In this document: piece by piece, positions 1-13,310 of the stretch
How positions within the stretch are numbered: the stretch's first letter is position 1
Layout: each line of letters begins with the position of its first letter
Notes under the pieces: model-generated
The model's database searches: none
What the model was told of the DNA's origin: nothing
What the model saw: the letters and a program-made list of their open reading frames with translations, nothing else
NCBI RefSeq assembly: GCF_006345805.1
Contig: NC_043013.1
Location: 22,320,001 to 22,384,000, forward strand
Direction: 5' to 3'
Length of the DNA: 64,000 nucleotides
Source: Octopus sinensis
Lineage: Eukaryota
Position numbers and translations under genes: made by a program

Positions 1-362
1 AAAATATGATAAAATACAGTTCAACCCAACATCATTTTACTTTACGTTCAACTTGCCCTGCTAGTCATCCCTTTCATCAGCCGACTATTGGAGATTGCCA
101 TGATTTCGGCATTTTTTGACAGCATCGCTCCCCACAGCGGTGCCGAGTAGCATTAATGTTATCAGATAACGTCGGGGAATAAAATTCCAAACTCTGGAAT
201 ACTTTCTACCCCTTCTCTCTCTCTCCCTCTCCCCCTTTCTCTCTCTCTCTCTCTCTCTCTATATATTATATATATATTATATATATATATATATGTATGT
301 ATGTATATATGTATATATATCGTTCTCTCTATATATCTCTTTCTCTCCCTCTTTCACTCTCC

Positions 363-411
<49 letters not shown>

Positions 412-519
412 TTTTAATTTAGCTACCACTCAAAACTAACAGGTGACTCAATCATTCCAACCTTGTCGCAGCCATTTTGTTTGACTTGTAGCATTTTCAT
501 GCAACAGACGAAACTCTGC

Positions 520-1160
520 AATGCAACATTGGAGATGAAGTCATTGGAGAACGGAACCGAATGGACGACGCGGCCGCAGTGAACCAAAAGTAACAAGTCA
601 CCCCGGGGCCGGACATGTCACGAGATTTACAGACAACGGATAGACCCGTGCAATTGCCGAGTGGTATCCGAGAGCTCGGAAAGTGCCACTTGGAAGGCTT
701 CCACTACGATGGGGGAAGACGGTTTGGGGTCAAGACGGGAAAGAATGAGGCAATCAAGACGGGAATTCGAAGCGCATTACGACCAGCGGTAAGAGCATCG
801 GAAGGTCTGGTCGATACTGTGTGATAATGTAATACAACACAGCATCGGTGCAGTGGAGAACAAGAGAAATACGCGACGAAACAAATCCGTTTACAGATGC
901 ACCAAGTGAAGTGCAATATGGTTCAATACAAAGCTACGAGAGAGGAAAACAGATGAAACAAATACAGGCAAATAGGGAGAAAAGAACATGCAGACAATTT
1001 GTATTTACAGCTTTATATAAAGGCATGAGACGATTGAGTGTTGTGTTGGAGACAGAAACAATCAATAAAATATCGATGGACTTGTATGAAATCTATGTGG
1101 CTCGATACAAAGGCTTTACATTTGGTTTCGAGTTCACTGAAATGTTTCATCTTCATTAAG
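520..1160 (+). mobile_element. Possible highly decayed L1/Tx1-like LINE C-terminal region
   Basis: Frame with WKA..T.GE..GLG..E..H..RKVW..IW pattern. Cysteines lost, multiple stops. Confidence 0.25.
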
Positions 1161-1519
1161 CTAATTAGAAACGATTTTAGTTGATAAGAAAACAGTGGAC
1201 TGGGTTTTTTTTTTTTTTTAAAAACACATAAGCAAATTAAACAAGATGTGTTCGAATGTATAAATGATAAAAAAAAAAAAATCGAAACAAACATCGTCAC
1301 GCAACTTGAACAATAAACATGGGGAGAAATGTGCAGAAAGACGACAACCGTCCAAGCTTGGAAGAATGAATGAATGGATTCTGGGGGAGAGAGAGAAATC
1401 ATGTTTGGTCATGTTGGAAAGAGATTTACTGTTTGAATGGATCGAGTCAAAGAAAGAACGCGTTGTCTCGGTAGAAGCATCAGGACGAATATGATTTCAA
1501 CTGGAAGCATAATTATACT

Positions 1520-1990
1520 TAACAACAACACCACCACCACCACCACCACAAACACCACTACCAACACAAACATTACCACCACCACTACCACAAACACCAC
1601 CACCATCACAAACACCACCACCACCACAGACACCACAAACATCACCACCAACACAAACATTACCACAAACACCACCACCACCACCATCACAAACACCACC
1701 ACCACCACCACAAACACCACAAGCATCACCACCAACACAAACATTGCCACCACCACCACCACAAACACCACCACCACCACCACAAACACCACCACCACCA
1801 CAAACACCACCACCACCACAAACATCACCACCACCACCACAAACATCACCACCACCACCACCACCACCACAAACACCACCACCACCACAAACATCACCAC
1901 CACCACCACCACCACAAACATCACCACCACAAACAACACCGTCGTCACTGCCATTTCCACCACCATTAATACTACCATTGCTATCACCAC
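1520..1990. repeat. Compound (ACC/AAC/ATC)n trinucleotide-type repeat
   Basis: Visible directly; explains the Thr-, Val-, Pro- and Gly/Cys-rich ORFs. Confidence 0.95.
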
Positions 1991-2358
1991 TAACAAGTGA
2001 ATTTAGTAAGCGGAAACTGCGTGGAAGCACCCTCATACATACTTTTGTGCGTCTTTGTATAACGGTTGTTTGCCCTCTCCCAACTGCCTGACAACTGGCA
2101 TTGGTTTGTTTATGTTCTCGTAACTTAGCGGTCCAACAGAATAAGTACCAGACTTTATAAATAAGCACTGGTGTCGATTCGTTCGCCTAAAACCCTTCAG
2201 TGCGGTGCCCCAGCATGGCCGCTATCCAGTGACTTAAACAAGTAAAAAACAAAGATGAAGATATCTTTATCACGTTTCGTTTTTAACTCAAATTAATTTT
2301 TGTCTTTTTTTTGCTTCTGTTTTTTTTTAAATTGTTGTAAGACTAAACCCAGATTTTA

Positions 2359-2524
2359 AACGTTAAACCCATTAAAATGTGTTAAATGTTCAACCCATTA
2401 AAAATGTGTTAAATGTTAAACCCATTAAAAAATGTGTTAAACGTTAAACCAATTAAAATGCGTTAGACGTTAAACCAATTAAAAATGTGTTAAATGTTAA
2501 ACCCATTAAAATGTGTTAAATGTA
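2359..2524. repeat. Minisatellite, ~27-bp unit x6 (aaacccattaaaatgtgttaaatgtt)
   Basis: Visible directly. Confidence 0.9.
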
Positions 2525-2683
2525 AATATGCTTTATTTTTATAAATTTCATCTTATAAATTTATTACTGTAACTGGGTTATATTGACAGCGGAGTTGAGA
2601 ATGGAAGCGACCCTAAAGTATTTGGAGAAGCGATCAATGAACTGTGCGATGATACAAATGGTCAATATCTGAATATCTCAAGG

Positions 2684-2865
2684 GCGGCTAGCTGGCAGAA
2701 TCTTTAGCACGCCGTTACGTGCTGAGTTCAAATTCCGCCGAGGTCGACTTTGTCTTTCATCCTTTCGGGGTCGATTAAATAAGTACCAGTTACGCACTGG
2801 AGTTTGCTTGTCCTTGTTTGTCCCTTCTATGTTTAGCCCCCTGTGGGCAATAAAGAAATAAATAT
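2684..2865 (+). mobile_element. tRNA-derived SINE family A (CORE-like centre); other copies 5066-5295+, 5350-5532-, 13587-13722+, 15340-15550-, 30015-30165+
   Basis: Shared gagttcaaattccgccgaggtcgactttgcctttcatcctttcggggtcgat..aagtaccag. Family name not verified. Confidence 0.85.
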
Positions 2866-3269
2866 CTGAATAAGTGTACCTGTGAGTTATAAGACTGTGG
2901 GCGGCAAATACTTGTGGCTCAGGACCACGTCAGGCGTTTATAGTTGACTCTACAAATGGTTCAAATTCAGAAACGTATCTGAATAAAACTGAAAACCGTT
3001 CCCTAGCAGAGCAGCGTTTCAACTGTGTTTCGTCACCAAACGATTGTACGAGAAGAAAAGAAACCAACGTGGAAGCACCTAGGGGTCGATCGATCTGCTA
3101 GAAATAGTAGCCAGTAAAATTTCTCTCAAATCACTTTCCACTGTCTTTAAACAGGACACTTTGAATTATGTGCTCTTGAGTTTTTCATACACAGGAAAAA
3201 AGGCAGGTTGGTCTCGGATAGAATGCCTTTGATTACAAGTATTGGGTAATCCCATAAATGATGCAGTGT

Positions 3270-3613
3270 CGATCACTGTTGGAGTCTGGTACCAATGATG
3301 CCTCTACACAACGTTCATGAAGTCTTTACACTTTCATGCGAGTTCCATTACATAATCCTTGACTGAGCAAAAGATTTCTTAGCAACATTACAATAGCCCC
3401 TACTTTTAAGTTGAGGCGATGAGGAGGCATACCGGATAGAGTGAGTGAGTTTATGAATTCAAATGGATAGTTCTGAACCTCCTCTTCATTATTGCAGGAC
3501 ACTGAATTTGTGCTTAAGTGCGCTTTAAGTGCCTCTGGTATAATATTAAGAACTTTTTCGTGTATTGCATAACAGTCGGAATTTTTAGGAGGTAAAATTA
3601 CTCGTTTTTCCAT
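3270..3613 (-). mobile_element. Helitron PIF1-like helicase fragment
   Basis: RVILPPKN..YPFEFINSLTLSGMPPHRLNLKVGAIVMLLRNL..GLCNGTR. Confidence 0.9.
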
Positions 3614-3797
3614 TTCTTCTGGTGTACAGTTGTTGAAAATTTATGGGTACAAATGTACAAATTGAAATACAAAACAACGAAATAATAAATGGATTTATGA
3701 ATGAAAGTTTGGTAATTGCGTTTATTTCCGCCACGCGACACTTATTATTGCAAGCATGTTTTAACTAACCTAAACTATACACACACACACAAATACA

Positions 3798-3879
<82 letters not shown>

Positions 3880-4673
3880 GTTGTAGCTGTAATTCAAAGG
3901 AGCCATCTTTGTCATATTCTGTGTGAGGCTGAATCTCCCTGAGAACTATGTTAATGTCATGTATGTCTGTGGTATACTCAGCCATTTGTGAGTTTATTTT
4001 ATCCTCGTGTGGTAATGAAAAGTGAAATTCACATCCAATATCTATTGCGTCTATGTATCTATGTGTGAACTTTTCTTTGGATTTATGTATCAACTGTCTC
4101 TCTAACTTTCTCTCTTTCTCTTTCACTTCCTTTGAGTCCTTCTCTCCCGCCTTTGATTTAACAATGTGTATATGTATGTATGTATCTACTTCTTTTGCGA
4201 TGTAATAAAAATTAAAAAACAGAAAACGAACGCCGTCACCACTCACTGTCTCTTTCACTCTCTCTCTTTCTCTCTCTCTCACTTTTTCTCTGTCTCTCAC
4301 TCTCTTTCTTTCTCTCTTCCTCTCTGAAACATTTAAAAATACAAAACGAATGCCGTCAGCACTCACTGTCTCCTTCACTCTCTTTCTCTCCCTCTCTCTT
4401 ACTTTCTCTCTCACTCTCTCTTTCTCTCTCTCTTTCTCCTTTACTTCCTCTCTGTCTTCCTCTCTCTCGCTTAACCACTTCATTGAAGTGTGAAGCACAC
4501 AACAGGTACGTAAAAAAACAAAAATTTAGCGTATTAATATTATTGATGTGTGTGCGTATATGTATGCATGTTTGAATACACATATATAGAAAGAGAGAGA
4601 GTGGAAGGGAGAGAGAGAAAGAGTGAGACAGAGAGAAATACATACATATATACATATATGTATTGCACATGAA

Positions 4674-4711
<38 letters not shown>

Positions 4712-4957
4712 CTGCGCAAGAAGCACGATAAAACCTGTGCAGAGGTTTGATCACCTCGAAATATGATCATTGGCAATCGAACAAGAGCACGGAGGGATAA
4801 AGAAATACAGCCAATGGTAAACAGTCTTTCATTTTTTTTTTTTTCTTCAAGTCTGGTATTTGTTCTACAGATTTATTTTAGCCGAAATTCTAACATAAAC
4901 AAACCAACATCGATTATCAAGTGGCGAGAGACAAACACAAAGGTGCAAGGATATGCT

Positions 4958-4988
<31 letters not shown>

Positions 4989-5729
4989 CACACACACACA
5001 CACACTATGTACATATATATATATATATACACACACATATACATTATTATATGTAGTCAAAAGGCGGTGTGCGGGCAGAAACGTTAGCACGCCGAGTGAA
5101 ATGCTTAGCGGTATTTCGTCTGCTGCTACGTTCTGAGTTCAAATTCCGCCGAGGTCGACTTTGCCTTTGATCCTTTCTGGGTCGAGTAAATAAGTACCAG
5201 TTACGTACTGGAGTCGATATAATCGACTTAATCCGTTTGTCTGTCCTTGTTTGTCCTCTCTGTGTTTGGCCCCTTGTGGGTAGTAAAAAAATAGGTATTT
5301 CGCCCGTCGCTACGTTCTGAGAATCATTGTTTCAAATATTTGCCACAAGGACAGCTTGGGGGAGGTGGGGATGAATCGATTACATCAACACCAGAATTTA
5401 ACTGGTACTTATTTTGTCGACTCCAAAGGAATGAAAGGCAAAGTCGACCTCGGCGGAATTTGAACTAGCGGCGGGCGAAATACCGCTAAGTATTTCGTCC
5501 GGCGCGTTAACGATTCTGCCAGCTCGCCGCCTTTGTTCAATTCATAATAAGAACAATACTAATGTTTTTTTAAATAGTTTATTTTATCAATAAAATATTT
5601 GTTAACAAAATTAATGTATTTCCTTTTGCCATTAAATATATAAATATATATTTATATAATATATGGTATAACAAATATAAATATATATAATTCTCATCCA
5701 TAAATGATTTTAAAAATAAAATGAGAAGG

Positions 5730-5870
5730 TCCAATCCATTACTGGAAATGTAAAATTCTGTATAACTTTCCAGAAGTTTATCATTTAAATATATATGATC
5801 GTGTCTAGATATGCAACTATATGCATAAGAATAACATACATAAAGCAAGACATACAAATCTACACATACA
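5730..5870 (+). mobile_element. Second, shorter 3' fragment of the same R4/Dong element with (TACA)n tail
   Basis: Near-identical to 13185-13320. Confidence 0.8.
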
Positions 5871-5990
5871 TACATACATACATACATACATGCATACATA
5901 CATACATACATACATACATACATACATACATACATAATGTAAGACATGCTGAAAACAAATAAGAGTCTGAAAATTTTACTGTTTTTGCAG

Positions 5991-6317
5991 GGAAATGGTG
6001 ACGATTCAGACTATGGTACCACCGAAAGAAATGACAACCAGGTGCAAGGGGGCAAGAATTCGGAAAACAGAGATGACTTGAGTCCAAGCAAAAGTGTTGA
6101 TATCTCTCATTTAACGGGCAATGAGAAACGTTCTCCCACTCCAGAGCCGACACTCGGTGAAAATCATTCGGGTTCCGGCACAGACCAGAACGGCCAACAA
6201 ACTCAATCAACAAACGACGGCACAGGAACATCTGACAAGCCTCAGGAAACAGCGAAGAAGCCTCCGTCGTCAACTTCCGATTCCCCTCCACCGCCGCATG
6301 CCAAGGATGATGCAAAT
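5991..6317 (+). CDS. Internal coding exon, phase 0/0, 109 codons, acidic S/D/N/T/G-rich (GNGDDSDYGTTERND...DDAN)
   Basis: Acceptor ttactgtttttgcag, donor gtaagt, open frame, non-repetitive codon usage. Partner exons unknown. Confidence 0.7.
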
Positions 6318-6883
6318 GTAAGTAAAACTGAAACAATCCCTCGGGTTATGGTACCCCTTTTTTTTTTTGTTCTGTTAGAGCTAGGTTGGTGTGGCAGATT
6401 GAAATGAAAGCCTAGTCAGAACGTCTTTGACGGTTCTGCCATTGCTGATGATGAGAATTCAACCGTTATCGCAACAGAAAAGACTAAATCAAGAGCTCAG
6501 GTGAAAGTCTTCCGCTGGGCTCTTTGCCAGCAACCAGCACAATGCTTGCGCAGAAAGTACTTTTGCAAAGAATCTTGGCTGTTTAAGAAAATATAAACGG
6601 ATAGGTTGTACCAATTCCATGTTTTATTTCTCAGAAAACCAAATAAAATAGCAAGCTGGGGCAAAGATGGTTGCCCAGTCACTATGTGGTTATTCAAACT
6701 GCTGGAAAGAGCAATCGAATTTCCCATGAACCATACCCTTTTCGCCTTAAACAGGCTCCTATGAATGATTCCGTTGGAAAAGTTAGTATTAGAGATAAAA
6801 GTCGGGATAGTTATGTCTGGAACAGTTTTGGTCATAGGTCTTGCTTAATCAGAGATGATCTGGGGCAAATCAGCAACTTCTAG

Positions 6884-6936
<53 letters not shown>

Positions 6937-7388
6937 ATTGTCAAGCAACAAGACGGGTAAGGGTGATTAGGTGATGGTCTAGGGCTTAGGGGCGGGAGAC
7001 CCCAGACCTTGGAAGAAAAAAACTTTGGTCGTCTTGTTGTAGTCGAGGGCTCTTCGTTGACGCCTGACACCACTGGGAGGTGACCCTCGAAGTCGCTGGA
7101 AATGGAAATCTCCAGGTCCAAATTCTTGAACGGCTGTTGTTGCTGCTGTTGTTGCTGTTGTTGTTGTTGTTGTTGCTGCTGTTGCTGCTGCTGTTGTTGT
7201 TGTATTCCCGTCTAGTCATGTTAGTTTGAATCCGAACGATAGACGTAATCTGCTAATTGAAATGAAAGGACGACAACGCCGACCTAAATTCATCATGCAG
7301 ACCAGTGGCGATGAATGCATGACTGCACAGCTCTCAATGGATGCTTCCCAACACAGACAACAAAAGAATAAAAACAAAATCATACATA

Positions 7389-7472
<84 letters not shown>

Positions 7473-7545
7473 TTTGTTTTGATGAGTACAGCTAGAAAAC
7501 AGACACATATATACATATGTGTGTGTATGTACATACATACATGCA

Positions 7546-7594
<49 letters not shown>

Positions 7595-7984
7595 AGGTGT
7601 AATGGCCCAGTGGTTAGGGCAGCGGACTCGCGGTCATAGACCGGGCATTGTGAGTGTTTATTGAGCGAAAACACCTAAAGCTCCACGAGGCTCCGGCAGG
7701 GGATGGTGGTGATCCCTGCTGTACTCTTTCACCACAACTTTCTCTCACTCTTAATTCCTGTTTCTGTTGTACCTGTATTTCAAAGGGCCGGCCTTGTCAC
7801 TCTCTGTGTCACGCTGAATATCCCCGAGAACTACGTTAAGGGTACACGTGTCTGTGGAGTGCTCAGCCACTTACACGTTAATTTCACGAGCAGGCTGTTC
7901 CGTTGATTCGGATCAACCGGAACCCTCGTCGTCGTAACCGACGGAGTGCTTCCATATATATATATACACATACACACACGGACA

Positions 7985-8047
<63 letters not shown>

Positions 8048-8291
8048 TGTTGTGTCTGGGGAGAGTCATTCTCTTTTGGTGCCTTATAATTTAACACACT
8101 CAATGGTAAAATTTCCACTCGTTAACTTATCTATTTTTCTAAAGTTTTCGTTGCGTCCTGCAACCCTTTTCAATAGTTGCTGACTCAGTCCGTTATTCAA
8201 GCTGCATTCTTTTTGTTTGCTTGTGTGCATGTGTTTGGGTCAGTGTATGTGCGCATACACATGTATGTATGTATGTATGTATGTATGCATG

Positions 8292-8319
<28 letters not shown>

Positions 8320-8322
<3 letters not shown>

Positions 8323-8632
8323 TAGCTCCGGGCCGACCAATGCCTTGTGAGTGGATTTGGTAGACAGAAACTGAAAGAAGCCTGTCGTATATATGTATAT
8401 ATAAATATATATGTATGTGTGTGTGTGTTTGTGTGTCTGTGTTTGTCCCCCTAGCATTGCTTGACAACCGATGCTGGTGTGTTTACGTCCCCGTCACTTA
8501 GCGGTTCGGCAAAAGAGACCGATAGAATAAGTACTGGGCTTACAAAGAATAAGTCCCGGGGTCGATTTGCTCGACTAAAGGCGGTGCTCCAGCATGGCCG
8601 CAGTCAAATGACTGAAACAAATAAAAGAGTAA
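8320..8632 (+). mobile_element. SINE family C; other pieces ~2050-2255+, 16030-16300-, 34320-34490-, 36270-36965-, 51320-51520+, 55605-55890-, 60500-60670+, 61810-61995+
   Basis: Shared ggatttggtagacagaaactgaaagaagcc and ggtgctccagcatggccgcagtc..tgactgaaac blocks with an internal microsatellite. Confidence 0.8.
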
Positions 8633-8654
8633 AGAGAGTATGTATGTATGTATG

Positions 8655-8686
<32 letters not shown>

Positions 8687-9061
8687 TGTATATGTATATA
8701 TGCTTGCATGTGTGTGTGTACGTTTGTATGTATGTATTCTGCATATTCACGTGTTTGTGTGTGTGTTTTTATGTGTGTGTATGTGCGCTTGTCTGTTCAT
8801 ATTACCTGTGAACCTATCCGACTGTATGTCTATCTGTTTACTTTCATATCCATTTGCCTACATGCATGTATACACACACACACACACACACATACACACA
8901 CACATACACACACACACACACAATATATAATATAATGTATAAAATATAAAATAGTGACTAGATAGCAGGTAGAATAGTTAGTGGGCTGTTATGCACATGT
9001 ATGTGTGTGTTTGAGGTTAAGATTTAGGTTTTGGAAATAAGAAGTAATTTATGACACTTAC

Positions 9062-9842
9062 CTATTTCTTTATTACCCACGAGGGGCTAAAGACAGAGAG
9101 GACAAACAAGGACAGATATAGGTATTAAGTCGATTACATCGACCCCAGTGCGCAACTGGTACTTAATTTATCGACCCCGAAAGGATGAAAGGCAAAGTCG
9201 ACCTCGGCGGAATTTAAACTCATTATACCTATTTCTATACCTATTTCTATTTCTTTATTACCCACAAGGGGCTAAACTCAGAGGGAACAAACAAGGACAG
9301 ACATAGGTATTAAGTCGATTACATCGACCCCAGTGCGTAACTGGTGCTTAATTTATCGACCCCGAAAGGATGAAAGGCAAAGTCGACCTCGGCGGAATTT
9401 GAACTCACAACGTAACGGCAGACGAAATATCTATTTCTTTATTATCCACAAGGGGCTAAACACAGAGGAGACAAACAAGGACAGACATAGGTATTAAGTC
9501 GATTACATCGACCCCAGTGCGTAACTGGTACTTAATTTATCGACCCCGAAAGTATGAAAGGCAAAGTCGACCTCGGCGGAATTTGAACTCACAACGTAAC
9601 GGCAGACGAAATACCTATTTCTTTATTACCCACAAGGGGCTAAACACAGAGGGGACAAACAAGGACAGACATAGGTATTAAGTCGATTACATCGACCCCA
9701 GTGCGTAACTGGTACTTAATTTATCGACCCCGAAAGGATGAAAGGCAAAGTCGACCTCGGCGGAATTTGAACTCAGAACGTAACGGCAGACGAAATACGG
9801 CTAAGCATTTCGCCCGGCGTGCTAACGTCTCTGCCAGCTCGC
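9062..9842 (-). mobile_element. Four head-to-tail copies (~184-bp period) of SINE family A
   Basis: Repeated gaccccgaaaggatgaaaggcaaagtcgacctcggcggaatttgaactc. Only the last copy has a full head. Confidence 0.9.
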
Positions 9843-10535
9843 TCACCACCACATCAAAACCTAAATCTTAACTTCAAACCTTTTAACATCTTATCTCTTT
9901 TTCTTAATTCTTTTGTTTTTACGATTACTTTATATCTTTTTATATTTCCTTATTTTTCTTTATATTTTTTCTAGTTTACATTTTTATAATTTACGTTTTT
10001 TATACTTTACGTTTTTTTATACCTTACATTTTTATATTTTCTTGTTACTCTAGTTTTTTTTATATTTATATTTATTATATTCATTTATATTTATATTTAT
10101 TTACTTGTGATCCCAACATTATTACCTTTTTCTCCCATTTCTTTCTTTCTCTTTTTTCCCCTCTATTTTTTTTTCTCTTTTCTTTCTATTTTTCTTTTCT
10201 CTCTTCTTTCTACCTTCTTTCTTTCTATCTAGTTTTCCTCTCCATACTCTCCCTACTTTTTCTTTCTTTCTTTCTTCCTCTTTCCTTCTTATTTCTTTTC
10301 CCTTACAAGAGGAATGAACCCATTCAAATCTATTAAACATTCACTCTATGTTGACTTGTGATACAGTATGGACAGATTTTCGAAATCCATTGATACCCTA
10401 CACGCCTATTTGGCTATGAAATTTTACAAATACACTTTCTCAGGGGGATATGATATACCTATCATTATGGATAATACTAAATGTACCTTTCGGATTTTTC
10501 ATAGTGTGATGTAACTCTTTGGAATAACAATGCAT

Positions 10536-10604
10536 GCGGCCGAAGAGAGCTTTAACACTGATGTAAGAATATGTCGTTTATAAAGCTTGAAACACGTGTA
10601 CCGC
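10536..10604 (+). ncRNA. Minimal hammerhead-like motif with CCGAAGA core
   Basis: Stem I gcgg/ccgc, stem II gagcttta/taaagctt (8 bp), GAAA, palindromic stem III ACACGTGT, GUA site. Confidence 0.5.
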
Positions 10605-10646
10605 GACATCCTTTGTGTTCTGTTTTTGATTTCATTTGATACATAC

Positions 10647-10710
<64 letters not shown>

Positions 10711-10758
10711 GTGTGTGTGTATATGTATGTGTATGTATGTATATATACACACACACAT

Positions 10759-11823
10759 TGCTTAGTTTTTCTTGGAGGGCTGGCCGTGATCTAGTAATCT
10801 CAAGATTAATCAGCCGAAATTACTACGATGATCCGGTTCTTGACTGAAGACTGAGGGTTTCGAATGTCCTGTCCGTGTTTATTGTATCGTCTTCTAAGAG
10901 TTATACGTCCTTGTCATGTATTTTTCTACATACCTTAAATATATTCCAGGCGCCACGTACCCTCTTAACATTAATGTGAGCACATATTCTTAATAACTGG
11001 TACGACTCTTTGTTGTCTCTCTCTCTCTCTCACTTTTACTTGATCTGTCCCCTTCTCTCTCTACTCATCCTCTTTTTCTCTTCTCTTTCCTCTGATTCTT
11101 TGGTCTAATCTTCCACTACCCTCCTATTTCTTTGTCTCGCTCTGCACTCACAGGTCAATCTTCGACACCCATCCCTCTCCTCTCTGATTCCTGTCTTTCT
11201 CTCTCTTCTCTCTCTTGTTGCGTTTGTCCCTCTCTCTCTCTCCTCTCTCTCTCTCCTCTCGTCTCTCCTCTCTCCTCTCTCCTCTCTCTCTCTCTTTCGG
11301 TTGCTTCTCTTTCTTTTCTTTTCTCTCTTTTCTGTCACGTGACTGCTGGCCGAAATCTGCCTTTCAGCTTCTGACCAGCGTCGTGTTAACATCGTTATTT
11401 TTCGTCCGCCGCTATAGGCATCGCCGATAAGGCTCCTTCCTCGCGCCAGAGAAAAAATTTGTTTGCTTGTTATCAGTCGTAAGACACTTGTTTTTGTTTT
11501 CACCGTTAATGCTTCTGTATTTCATGTTTCTGTATTCCATTTTTTTTTGTTTTTTTATTTCGTCCCTTTTGCTGTCCTGGTGTCCGTATGCATTCGATCC
11601 TTCTTCCAGGAATCTACGCTCCCAGCTTAGTTTTTCTAATGCTCGTTGCTTAGTTTTTCTTGGAGGTGGCCGTGATCTAGTAATCTCAAGATTAATCAGC
11701 CGAAATTACTACGATGATCCGGTTCTTGACTGAAGACTGAGGGTTTCGAATGTCCTGTCCGTGTTTATTGTATCGTCTTCTAAGAGTTATATACGTTCTT
11801 GTCCATGTATTTTTCTACATACC

Positions 11824-11827
<4 letters not shown>
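10759..11827 (+). mobile_element. Non-coding element with ~185-bp direct terminal repeats (10759-10940, 11647-11827) around ~700 bp; diverged solo copy at 20417-20591
   Basis: Near-identical direct repeats, no ORF, ends run into (TA)n. pLTR-like. Confidence 0.6.
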
Positions 11828-11862
<35 letters not shown>

Positions 11863-12192
11863 TATATGTGTGGTGTGTGTGTGTTGTGTGTGTGTATATA
11901 TGTGTGTATATATATATGTGTGGTGTGTGTGGTGTGTAACTTTTAATGCTTCAGACACCATAGCAGCAATTATTGAGATCAAATACTATTTTGCTGTAGG
12001 CCCTCTGATAAATTCACCGTTAGTTTCCTGAAGGAATGTAGACACCCACTTGCAGTCCCTCTAACCAACCTCTGTTAACGATTCTGTCAGCTCGCCGCCT
12101 GGATTTAAAAGAACACTTTAGATAGAAAAGTCGAAATTTCCACGTTCAACCACCGGTTTTCGAGATGTATCGTGTCAGGAGTCGCCAATGAT

Positions 12193-12230
12193 GATACATA
12201 CATACATACATACATACTACATACATACAT

Positions 12231-12277
<47 letters not shown>

Positions 12278-12714
12278 TGCATACATACACATACATACAT
12301 ACACATACTCACACATACATACATACATACATACATACATACATACATACACAACATGCATACATACATACATACACACATATACATACATACATACATA
12401 CATACATACACACACATACATACATACATACATACATACATACATACATACATACACACATACATACATACATACACACACACATACATACATACACACA
12501 TATACATACATACATACACACACTCACACATACATACATACATACACACACATACATACATATACACACATACATGCATACATACATACATACATACATA
12601 CATACACACATACATACATACATATATACATACACACACACACATACATACATACATACATACATCCATACATACATACTCATACATACATACATACTAC
12701 ATACATACATACAT

Positions 12715-12745
<31 letters not shown>

Positions 12746-12818
12746 TACATACATACATGCATACATACATACATACATACATACATACAAACATACATAC
12801 ATACATACATACATACAT
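12193..12818. repeat. Long (TACA/CA)n microsatellite; others at 60673-60900 (TACA), 17512-17690 (GAAA), 57845-58368 (TA), 58985-59110 (GATA), 59875-59945 and 60337-60440 (TTC), 3802-3875 (TA)
   Basis: Visible directly; source of the YI/HT/CV/MYVC spurious ORFs. Confidence 0.97.
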
Positions 12819-13310
12819 ATGGTAGAAGCCATAGTCACTCATAATGAAAAGGAGTGGTGGTGGATTGTCCCAGTGAAGACCTCAAGAAAGGGTAAGCACA
12901 ACAGACCTGATATAAGGATTTGGGATAGAGTAGAGAAACTGTACACATTTATGGAAATTAGTTGCGCAGCGGATGTTAACATAAAGATGAAGATCAGTGA
13001 AAAAGAGAACACGTATGCTGAACTGTTGAGAAACCTGCAGATACTCTATCCAGATTACAAGTTCAGGTTTATACCTGTAATTATTGGAGCTCTGAGATTT
13101 GTAACACACTGCCTAAATAGCAATCTTGAGAAATTAGGCTTCTCAAAACCAGAAAGGAGAAAGCTAATTCGGAGACTACAGATCCAATCCATTACTGGAA
13201 ATGTAAAATTCTGTATAACTTTCCAGAAGTTTATCATTTAAATATATATGATCGTGTCTAGATATGCAACTATATGCATGATAATAACATACATAGAGCA
13301 AGACATACAA
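12819..13310 (+). mobile_element. R4/Dong-type non-LTR retrotransposon 3' fragment (restriction-like endonuclease domain)
   Basis: HNRPDI..MEISC..N..K..EKENTYAEL..IPVIIGAL. Flanked on both sides by (TACA)n. Confidence 0.85.

Noticed and set aside
1409-2168. Thr-rich mucin-like, Pro-rich and Gly/Cys-rich ORFs
   Set aside because: All frames are open because of the trinucleotide repeat; no splice or homology support.
4715-4775. gaggt-ttgatc-acctc-GAAA hairpin
   Set aside because: No valid CUGANGA core or stem I.
7592-7625. tRNA-like A/B boxes here and at 33780-33830 and 58790-58860
   Set aside because: These are SINE heads, not complete tRNA cloverleaves.
12105-12844. Long HTYI/MYVC ORFs (and YI, CV, RE, poly-S/L/K/E ORFs elsewhere)
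   Set aside because: Translations of microsatellites.
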